From contig CAZPDW010000001.1 in NCBI GenBank assembly GCA_964585535.1, forward strand, positions 1 to 39,074: 39,074 bases of DNA, in the 5' to 3' direction. Positions 8,299 through 15,088 of this stretch are shown here, piece by piece. Under the pieces are notes generated by a model. The model was not told the DNA's origin, did not search any database, and saw only the letters and a list, made by a program, of their open reading frames with translations. Source of the DNA: an uncultured Pirellulales bacterium (GTDB lineage: Bacteria; Planctomycetota; Phycisphaerae; Sedimentisphaerales; Anaerobacaceae). Position numbers and translations under genes: made by a program. The number at the start of each line of letters is the position of its first letter. Positions within the stretch are counted from its first letter, which is position 1.

Positions 8299-9641
8299 CG
8301 ATTGCCTTTTTCATTTTTTTTAATCTCTGTGTCCTCTGTGGCTAAATCATTGGCGTCATCCGTTTCGGAGGATATTTGTTTTGCCCGGCGGATAATACTG
8401 TCGAGCAGCTTTACCGCCTCGGCGGGGCCCTGTCCGGCGGCAACGGCCTTGACATTTTCAATCACACAGTGTGACAGCTTGCCGGCGATTCGGCGCACCA
8501 TTGCCTCGGCGGCGGTTTTGCAGGAAGGCGTCCGTTGAGCGCCGGCAAGAAACCGCTCAAGCTCTTTTTGGCTGATTTCGGTGAACCGGCGTTTCATCGT
8601 TCCGAACAGAGGGCCGATATCTCTGGCGGCGAGCCAGTCCATAAACTGAAGCGTGCTTTTGCGAACGAGCTGCATACCTTCGGCTATGTCGTTTTCACGG
8701 GCCCTGCGGTTCTGTTCGGCCAGGGCGGCGAGGTCGTCAATACTGTAGAGGTGAACGTCTTCAATTTCGCTTATGGCGGGGTCGAAGTTTCGCGGGACGG
8801 CAATATCGATAATCAGTAAAGGCCCTTTGCGGCGTTTCTCTATAATTTTTTCAAAGGGACCTTTGTAAAAGAGATAATCCTTAACGGCCGCCGAGGCAAT
8901 TGCGATATTGGCATCGAGCAGCAGTTCGGCAAGCTCCTGCCATTTCCGGGCCGAGGCCCCGTAGCGGCGAGCCGTTTGCTGCGCACGGTCATAAGAGCGG
9001 TTGACTACGGTAATGTTTCGGCAGCCGGCAGCCGAGAGGTTCTGCAGCAGAAGCTGACCCGTCTGGCCTGCGCCGATAACCAGCACATCGGCCGAGGCGA
9101 GAGCGCCGAAGAGATGTTTGGCCAGCTCGACGGCAACCCCGGCGATGCTTATGCGCCCGACTGAAATCGAGGTTGTTGCGTGGACCTTCTTGCTTGTGAA
9201 AAAGGCGTTGTGGAAAAGGCGATGTAACGTTTTGCCGGTGCTTTTCGCCTCGCAGGCGAGCCGGTAGCTTTGCTTGACCTGGGCTATTATTTGTTCTTCT
9301 CCGACTACCATGCTGTCCAGCCCCGAGGCGACCGAGAGGAGATGGCGTACTGCTTCTTCGTCTTCATAGTTGTAGAGAAGCTGCCGGAAATCCTTCAACT
9401 GCAGGCCGTGAAAGCCGGCTAAGAACTCAGCCAAGGCGTGGCTGGTAATGGGGCTGGTTCTGTTTCTCGCGCAATACAGCTCGACGCGATTACAGGTTGA
9501 CAGCAGGACAAACTCGGCGTTGGTGAAGCTGTTTTTGAGCCGGCCCAGGGCCTGGAGGAGCTGGTTGCGGTCAAAGGCCAGTCGCTCGCGAGTTTCCACG
9601 GGCGCGGTTTTGTGATTAAGTCCTACAACGGTTATCTTCAT
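8295..9641 (-). CDS. hemA: Glutamyl-tRNA reductase
   Basis: Motifs VVGLNHKTAPVETRERLAF, LSTCNRVELY and the NADPH-binding VLVIGAGQTGQL. It carries an acidic low-complexity C-terminal tail (..ATEDTEIKKNEKGNR). Confidence 0.92.
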   Translation of the reverse strand: MKITVVGLNHKTAPVETRERLAFDRNQLLQALGRLKNSFTNAEFVLLSTCNRVELYCARNRTSPITSHALAEFLAGFHGLQLKDFRQLLYNYEDEEAVRHLLSVASGLDSMVVGEEQIIAQVKQSYRLACEAKSTGKTLHRLFHNAFFTSKKVHATTSISVGRISIAGVAVELAKHLFGALASADVLVIGAGQTGQLLLQNLSAAGCRNITVVNRSYDRAQQTARRYGASARKWQELAELLLDANIAIASAAVKDYLFYKGPFEKIIEKRRKGPLLIIDIAVPRNFDPAISEIEDVHLYSIDDLAALAEQNRRARENDIAEGMQLVRKSTLQFMDWLAARDIGPLFGTMKRRFTEISQKELERFLAGAQRTPSCKTAAEAMVRRIAGKLSHCVIENVKAVAAGQGPAEAVKLLDSIIRRAKQISSETDDANDLATEDTEIKKNEKGNR

Positions 9642-10116
9642 TTCTGTCGTATCTCGGCGGTTTTTTTTTCAATTCCTTTTCGGTATCCATTATACGGCCT
9701 GCGGTCAGGCCGGCTGCCCGGGAAATACGCTCGATGGTCTGGTGAACGTCATCCGGGCCGGTTCCGTGGACCATCGCGTAGAGATTATAAGGGAAGTTCA
9801 CGGCGGGGGCTCTTTCGTAGGCGTGGCTGACCTGTTCGAAGCTCGCCAAGACCTTCGCCGCCTTTTCGAGTCGCTGCGGCTCGACGCTCCAGCATACCAA
9901 AGCCGCCGCCGGCAGTCCGGCTTTGAAATGGTTCACTACGGCGCCTATTCTCCTGAGCCGGCCCTGTCGTTTCCAGTTGTTCAATACCCTTAAGAGCTGC
10001 TGCGGAGCCACACCCGCCCGTCGGGCCATAGTCCTGTAAGGCGTTTGGTCGGCCGGCAGGCCCTGCTGGAGCACGGAGAGGATTCGCCGCTCGATGTCGG
10101 TCAGCCAGTCATTCAT
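9616..10116 (-). CDS. Siroheme decarboxylase subunit (AhbA/AhbB; NirD/L/G/H-like, Lrp/AsnC fold)
   Basis: 166 aa. Pattern ILSVLQQGLP...PY..MA...G..., GRLRRIGAVVNHFKAGL..AALVCW, VSHAYER, PYNLYAMVHG matches the NirDLGH/AhbAB family. It overlaps the hemA start by 26 nt. Confidence 0.8.
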   Translation of the reverse strand: MNDWLTDIERRILSVLQQGLPADQTPYRTMARRAGVAPQQLLRVLNNWKRQGRLRRIGAVVNHFKAGLPAAALVCWSVEPQRLEKAAKVLASFEQVSHAYERAPAVNFPYNLYAMVHGTGPDDVHQTIERISRAAGLTAGRIMDTEKELKKKPPRYDRNEDNRCRT

Positions 10117-10126
10117 TATAATGGCA

Positions 10127-10155
10127 ATGATACTAAATTAAGCACGTCTGTTCAA
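10127..10155 (-). promoter_or_regulatory. sigma70-like promoter (TTGAAC-N17-TATCAT on the minus strand) for the ahbA/B-hemA-radical SAM operon
   Basis: On the minus strand the -35 is + 10150-10155 and the -10 is + 10127-10132. Only 10 nt separate the -10 from ATG 10116, implying a leaderless or about 3-nt-leader mRNA. Confidence 0.45.
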
Positions 10156-10213
10156 GCCGTCGTTGCGGCCCGGGTGCTATTTGCAGCTTGCCGTGCGAAA
10201 CTGTTAAAAGCGC

Positions 10214-10242
10214 TTGAAATCAGTCCTTTCTTAGTGTAGAAT
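10214..10242 (+). promoter_or_regulatory. sigma70-like promoter TTGAAA-N17-TAGAAT upstream of hemC
   Basis: TTGAAA at 10214-10219 and TAGAAT at 10237-10242. Confidence 0.45.
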
Positions 10243-10281
10243 CGTGAAAAAGTTCGAGAAAACGCATTCTGGAAGGTCTCA

Positions 10282-11217
10282 ATGAGAGTTGTAAGAATCG
10301 CCGCCCGGCGCAGTAAGCTTGCCGTTACCCAGGCGGAGATTGTCGGGAATTGGCTCTGTAAGCTGTCTGGCGGGCTGGAAATTTCGGTTGTCGGGATTTC
10401 CACTAAGGGCGACCGGGACAGGGAAAAGTTTCTGTACAAAGCCGAGTCGAAGGGCTTTTTCACATCCGAGGTCGAACAGGCCGTTATAGACGGCAGGGCG
10501 GATTTGGCAGTGCACAGCTTGAAGGACCTGCCGACGGCGCCGACGGAGGGGCTGACCATTGCCGCGATACCCGAGCGGCAGTCCGTTGCCGACGCCCTTG
10601 TTGCACGCGGCGGGGTCGCTTCGATTGACGATTTGCCCACGGGGGCTGCTGTCGGCACATCCAGCTTGAGGCGTATCGCCCAGCTCCGGCACATCAGGAG
10701 CGACCTTAACTGTGTCCCCCTGCGCGGCAACGTCGAGAGCCGAATCTCGAAGGTCCAAAGCGGTCAGCTCGACGCCGTCATAGTCGCCTGTGCGGGGTTA
10801 AACCGGCTGGGTCTTGGCGGCAGAATCTCGGCGGTTCTCGAGCCGGATAAGTTTCTCACAGCGCCCGGGCAGGGGGCGTTGGCCGTTCAGGTTCGCAGCA
10901 GCGATACGGAGCTGAACAAGTTAGTATCCCGGCTCGACAACGAGCAGGTGCGAATTGCCGTGCAGGCGGAAAGGCATATTCTCGCCGCTATGCACGGCGG
11001 CTGCAGCATACCATTGGGCGTATATTGCCGGCTCGACGGCGGCGATATTGTCATCGATGCAGTGATAGCCGACACTGACGGCAGCCAATACGTCAGGCGC
11101 TCGAAGAGGGCTTCAATTGGACAAGCCGAAAGTTGCGCCGAAGAGCTTGCCGGGCAGTTGCTGTCGGCGGGCGGGCAGGGGATACTGGACAGGGTCCGCA
11201 GCAGCAGGGACAGTTGA
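10282..11217 (+). CDS. hemC: Hydroxymethylbilane synthase (porphobilinogen deaminase)
   Basis: Motifs RIAARRSKLAVTQAE, HSLKDLP, VGTSSLRR and LRGNVESRI, plus the cofactor Cys in HGGCSIPLG. Confidence 0.92.
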   Translation: MRVVRIAARRSKLAVTQAEIVGNWLCKLSGGLEISVVGISTKGDRDREKFLYKAESKGFFTSEVEQAVIDGRADLAVHSLKDLPTAPTEGLTIAAIPERQSVADALVARGGVASIDDLPTGAAVGTSSLRRIAQLRHIRSDLNCVPLRGNVESRISKVQSGQLDAVIVACAGLNRLGLGGRISAVLEPDKFLTAPGQGALAVQVRSSDTELNKLVSRLDNEQVRIAVQAERHILAAMHGGCSIPLGVYCRLDGGDIVIDAVIADTDGSQYVRRSKRASIGQAESCAEELAGQLLSAGGQGILDRVRSSRDS

Positions 11218-11251
11218 TGGTCGGAAGAGACGACGATTATGTTAAATCCTG

Positions 11252-11280
11252 TTGAAGTTTGAAAAGTGGTGTTGTATTAT
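11252..11280 (+). promoter_or_regulatory. sigma70-like promoter TTGAAG-N17-TATTAT
   Basis: TTGAAG at 11252-11257 and TATTAT at 11275-11280. The -10 ends 15 nt before ATG 11296 and there is no SD, so the leader is very short. Confidence 0.4.
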
Positions 11281-11295
11281 TAGGATTCGGCACTT

Positions 11296-11787
11296 ATGGC
11301 GGACGAATGGGAAATAGATAAGCCGTTGGGGCGGTGTTACGGGACGGGCAGGCAAATCAGTCCGGGCGAAGAGTACTTTGCTGCGCTGGTGGAGAGTGAG
11401 GACGGATTTGCAAGGCGGGACTTTTGTGCGGAGTACTGGCGGCAGGACAAGCCGGAGGTTTACTGCTACTGGAAGACGAAGTTAGCGGCGCCGGACGAGA
11501 AGAAACATATATTCGTCGATGACGATGTGCTGATGACTTTTTTCGAGCGGCTCGAGAGAGAGAGCGAACAGGAGAAGGTCAACTTCAGGTTTGTTCTGGC
11601 GCTGGTTTTGATGAGGCGCAAGCGTTTGAAGTACGTCTCGTCGCGGACCGAGCCGGAAAGGGAAGTCTGGCGGCTGCGAGTGACGGGCTCGCAGGATTTT
11701 GTCGAGGTGACGAAGGCGAATCTCGGCGAAGAGCAGATTCAGCAGCTATCGTCTCAGATAGGCCAGATATTACGGGCGGAACTTTGA
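11296..11787 (+). CDS. Hypothetical cytoplasmic protein (163 aa)
   Basis: Clean ORF with coding-like composition and its own promoter. I recognise no family motif. Confidence 0.6.
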   Translation: MADEWEIDKPLGRCYGTGRQISPGEEYFAALVESEDGFARRDFCAEYWRQDKPEVYCYWKTKLAAPDEKKHIFVDDDVLMTFFERLERESEQEKVNFRFVLALVLMRRKRLKYVSSRTEPEREVWRLRVTGSQDFVEVTKANLGEEQIQQLSSQIGQILRAEL

Positions 11788-11826
11788 ATATCGTATTGCG
11801 TATTGCGTGGGGATTAGGGGACAAAA

Positions 11827-12672
11827 GTGTTGTCGAGGGTTATAGTTTTTGCAGTGATTTCGGTAATTGCCGGCTGTGGGCCGGTGGTTACAGGGCCTGT
11901 GCGGATTTGCCCGCCGATGGGTTCTGCCGATGAGGCGACGGCGGCGCTTGCAGAGCGGGCCGGCAGGGCGGTGCCGCTCAGGGCGAACGGACAGTGTCTT
12001 TTGCGTTATTATGTTGAGGGCGCCGAGCACAGGGAAAATTTTGCGGTAAAGCTGTGGGTGAATCCGCCGGATGAGATTTATCTGCAGGGCGACGTTGCCT
12101 TTGATGCTACGGGGGTGGTGCTTGGGGCGAATTCGCAGGAGTTCTGGTTCTGGATAAAGCCGAAGCAGGTGAGCCGGTACTGGTACGGTAAATGGTCGCA
12201 GGGGGGCGGCGCCGGCGAGCTGATAATAAATCCCGGGGTGGCGCTCGAGGCATTCGGGACAGTGGATGCCGGCGGCGGCGACCGATGGTCTTTGTCGAGT
12301 GAGGGCGGCTGTGACGTGCTGACGAAAACAAATAAGCGGGGCGAGATTTTGAAGCGAATACATATATTGCGGTGCGGGTATCTGGTTTCAGAGATTGAGT
12401 ATTTTGACGGCGGGGGCGATTTGAGCGCGCGGGCCGAGTTCGATAAATATGTGGATGTTGGCGACGGTTTTTTTGTTCCGAAAATGATAAGAATGGTGAC
12501 CACGGCCGTCGATGGGCGGCAGGATTCGGCGAGATTGACACTTGGCTCGGTCAGGCCGGTGCAGTTAAATGAAAGGCAGCGACATCGGCTTTTTGTCCGG
12601 CCGCAGCCGCGGGGCTTTGAGCATGTTTATCAGATTATCGACGGTCATAGAGTCGAACAGGCAGGCAGATAG
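11827..12672 (+). CDS. Hypothetical lipoprotein (281 aa)
   Basis: GTG start preceded by GGGGA. Signal peptide with lipobox (FAVISVIAGC|G). A possible LolB/DUF4292-like beta-rich fold is a guess only. Confidence 0.6.
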   Translation: MLSRVIVFAVISVIAGCGPVVTGPVRICPPMGSADEATAALAERAGRAVPLRANGQCLLRYYVEGAEHRENFAVKLWVNPPDEIYLQGDVAFDATGVVLGANSQEFWFWIKPKQVSRYWYGKWSQGGGAGELIINPGVALEAFGTVDAGGGDRWSLSSEGGCDVLTKTNKRGEILKRIHILRCGYLVSEIEYFDGGGDLSARAEFDKYVDVGDGFFVPKMIRMVTTAVDGRQDSARLTLGSVRPVQLNERQRHRLFVRPQPRGFEHVYQIIDGHRVEQAGR

Positions 12673-12702
12673 AAAAATACGAAAAGGAAAGGATGGATTT
12701 GC

Positions 12703-13605
12703 GTGAGCAGAACTCATTTGAAAGAAAGGTTACAGGAGGGTGTTTTACTGCTGGACGGCGCGATGGGGACGCAGTTGATTATGCGTGGAGCCGAGCCGGG
12801 CAAGTGTAACGAGTATTTGAACGTGGAGAGTCCGGACATTGTGATGTCTATTCACCGGGCGTATTCGAAGGCGGGCAGCGAGGCGGTTATTACCAATACG
12901 TTCGGGGCCAACAGGTACGCGCTGGGCAGGGTCGGTTACGGCGACTATGTGATGGAGATGAACCTGACGGCTGCGCGACTGGCCCGCCAGGCGGTCGGCG
13001 AGGGAAGGTACGTTCTGGGAGACATCGGGCCGAGCGGCGATTTTTTGGAGCCGTTGGGCAACTTGAAGCCACAGGAGCTGCGTGACGCATTTACGGCACA
13101 GGCCGAGGCGCTCAAGACCGGGGGCGTGGACGGTTTTATTATCGAGACGATGACGGCCCTTGACGAGGCGGAGATTGCGGTTCAGGCGGTGAAATTGGTG
13201 GCCGACGGACTGCCGGTGTTTGCGTCGATGGCGTTCGACAAGGCGGGCGAGGATTTCAGGACGATGATGGGCGTTGACGTTTCGTCGGCTGTTGAAAGGA
13301 TGGTGTCGCTGCGCGTTGACGCGGTCGGGTTTAACTGCGGGACGATTTCGCTTGACGAGTACGTTGAGTTAGCGGGCCGGTATGTTGCCGCCGTCAGGGC
13401 GACGGGCAGGGATGTGCCGGTTCTCGCCGAGCCGAACGCGGGCAGTCCGGAGCTGGTCGAGGGTAAGGCGGTCTATAAGGTGACGGCGGAAGAATTTGCG
13501 GCGGCGGTGGAAAAGATAAGGACGGCGGGTGTGAGGATAATCGGCGGCTGCTGCGGGACGGGCCCGGCGCATATCGAGGCGGTGGTGGCTTTGTTTGCCG
13601 GTTAG
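12703..13605 (+). CDS. Homocysteine S-methyltransferase domain protein (stand-alone MetH N-terminal-like module)
   Basis: Motifs LLLDGAMGTQL and ITNTFGAN, with Zn-ligand cysteines in GFNCGT and IGGCCGTGPAHI. Confidence 0.8.
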   Translation: MSRTHLKERLQEGVLLLDGAMGTQLIMRGAEPGKCNEYLNVESPDIVMSIHRAYSKAGSEAVITNTFGANRYALGRVGYGDYVMEMNLTAARLARQAVGEGRYVLGDIGPSGDFLEPLGNLKPQELRDAFTAQAEALKTGGVDGFIIETMTALDEAEIAVQAVKLVADGLPVFASMAFDKAGEDFRTMMGVDVSSAVERMVSLRVDAVGFNCGTISLDEYVELAGRYVAAVRATGRDVPVLAEPNAGSPELVEGKAVYKVTAEEFAAAVEKIRTAGVRIIGGCCGTGPAHIEAVVALFAG

Positions 13606-14930
13606 CGGGCCATAAGCTCTCGAATCCGTTCGATGGTTTTTAGGGTGGCGCCCTGGTTATTTTTTATGGTCTGCCGGCCTGCCCGTGCGATTTGGGCGGC
13701 ATAGCCGGGGTCGGAGAGGCATTTTTCCACGGCCCGGAACAACTCTTCTTTGTCCCTTACCAGGATAGTGCCGTTGCCTTTTGTGAGTACGTCAACGGTG
13801 TGTTTGAAGTTGAATGTGTGCGGGCCGAAGATGGTTGGTTTGGCCAAGGCGGCGGCCTCAATCATATCCGAGCCGCCCATCGGCACGAGAGAACGGCCGA
13901 CGAAGATGACCGTTGCGAGCGAATAGAATTTTCGCAAATCGCCCATTGTGTCGCCGAGAACTATTGCATTGATTATTGATGATTGATTATTGATTATTGA
14001 ATTCGCTGTGTTCTCTGTGTTCTCTGTGGTTTTTTTCTTAACTTCGCTGTAGCGAGTTAATTGGAAGCCGGCTTTCTGAATCAGTTGAGCGACCTCGTCG
14101 AATCGTTCGGGTTTTCGGGGGATGATTGCGAGGCGGAGGTCGGCGAAAGCATTGCGGTCTTTTAGTTTTTTGTAAACGTCGAGGATGATTTTTTCTTCAT
14201 CGTTTCCGGTAGCGCCGGCGACCCAGAGCCGCTGGTTTTTCAAGGCGAGCTGGTCGGCGAGTTCGTCGGCGCCTTCGACTTTGTCGGTGATTTGGGCGGT
14301 GTCGTACTTCAGTGAGCCGGTTACGATTACCTTTGCCGGCGGCGCTCCGATTGCTTTGAAGTGCCCGGCGTACCGGTCGGTCTGGGCGAGGACGAGTGTT
14401 ACGTTCTCAAATATTTTTTTCATAAGCGATTTTACGAGCAGGTATTTCGGCAAACTCTTGTCGCTGATTCTTCCGTTGACGACCACGACGGGTACATTTG
14501 AGGCGTGTGCGATTTGAACGAAGTTGGGCCAGACTTCAAGCTCCATAAGCAGGCACAGGGCCGGTCGTATGTTTTTAAAAGCGTGGGCCATAGTGAGGGA
14601 AAAATCCATCGGAAAGTAAAAAACTGCGAAGCGGCCGCCGTAAACTTTGTTTGCCCGCTCGAAGCCGGTATCGGTGGTGGTGCTGATGACTATTTCAAAT
14701 TCGGGGAAAGTTTCTTCGAGCCCGGCGACGATGGTCTTTGCAGCGTTGACTTCGCCTACGCTGACGGCGTGGAGCCAGATACATTTTTTGCCGGGGCGCC
14801 TGCGGGTGATTTTGCCGAAGCGGTTTTCCCAGCCGATGCGGTAGCGATTGTGCCTGACCATACGGTACAGAGCGACGGGGCTTATCGCGACGGCGGCGAG
14901 CAAATATGCAAGGTCAATCAGTACCTTCAT
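13602..14930 (-). CDS. waaA: 3-deoxy-D-manno-octulosonic acid (Kdo) transferase
   Basis: Motifs WLHAVSVGEVNAA, VVNGRIS, GDTMGDL and FVGRSLVPMGGSDMIEAAALAKPTIFGPH. The start is set at ATG 14930 (MKVLIDLAYLL membrane anchor), although the ORF extends to TTG 14945. Confidence 0.88.
   Translation of the reverse strand: MKVLIDLAYLLAAVAISPVALYRMVRHNRYRIGWENRFGKITRRRPGKKCIWLHAVSVGEVNAAKTIVAGLEETFPEFEIVISTTTDTGFERANKVYGGRFAVFYFPMDFSLTMAHAFKNIRPALCLLMELEVWPNFVQIAHASNVPVVVVNGRISDKSLPKYLLVKSLMKKIFENVTLVLAQTDRYAGHFKAIGAPPAKVIVTGSLKYDTAQITDKVEGADELADQLALKNQRLWVAGATGNDEEKIILDVYKKLKDRNAFADLRLAIIPRKPERFDEVAQLIQKAGFQLTRYSEVKKKTTENTENTANSIINNQSSIINAIVLGDTMGDLRKFYSLATVIFVGRSLVPMGGSDMIEAAALAKPTIFGPHTFNFKHTVDVLTKGNGTILVRDKEELFRAVEKCLSDPGYAAQIARAGRQTIKNNQGATLKTIERIRELMAR
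13969..14029. repeat. In-frame low-complexity insert inside waaA: degenerate 7-mer (TTGATTA)n followed by 9-mer (TGTGTTCTC) x2.5
   Basis: TTGATTA at 13969, 13983 and 13990, with partial units at 13976 and 13997. TGTGTTCTC at 14007 and 14016, plus TGTGG at 14025. It encodes ..TTENTENTANSIINNQSSIINA.. directly upstream of GDTMGDL. Confidence 0.75.
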
Positions 14931-14959
14931 TGGCAATCTCTGCAAAGGACAACGAGATA

Positions 14960-14988
14960 ATGATATTTTGAAAGTGCCGCTGTGTCAA
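14960..14988 (-). promoter_or_regulatory. sigma70-like promoter (TTGACA-N17-TATCAT on the minus strand) for waaA
   Basis: On the minus strand the -35 is + 14983-14988 and the -10 is + 14960-14965. Confidence 0.45.
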
Positions 14989-15012
14989 ATGGTTGACTGT
15001 TCGGGGCGGGGG

Positions 15013-15041
15013 TTGACAAATCCATAAGCCGTTGTTAGAAT
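15013..15041 (+). promoter_or_regulatory. sigma70-like promoter TTGACA-N17-TAGAAT for the CapD-like gene
   Basis: TTGACA at 15013-15018 and TAGAAT at 15036-15041, back to back with the waaA promoter. Confidence 0.5.
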
Positions 15042-15088
15042 CGGCCCTGTAGCTAATTCAGCGGTACAATTATGACGATACAGAGGAT

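Noticed and set aside
7048-10116. Interpretation of the NirJ-like and NirDLGH-like genes as a heme d1 (cd1 nitrite reductase) maturation cluster
   Set aside because: No nirS, nirF, nirN, nirE or nirC is present in the window, and the genes are embedded among hemA, hemL, hemC and cobA-hemD. The Ahb heme b route fits better, though only whole-genome context can settle this.
10152-10758. Two overlapping minus-strand ORFs (192 aa and 159 aa) across hemC
   Set aside because: They are antisense to hemC, which carries all the hallmark motifs. Their composition is that of a shadow ORF.
13969-14029. Possible CRISPR or mini-satellite array (also 4067-4094)
   Set aside because: The units are only 7-14 bp and directly tandem with no spacers. 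One array sits in-frame inside waaA and the other inside a promoter, so this is not CRISPR architecture.
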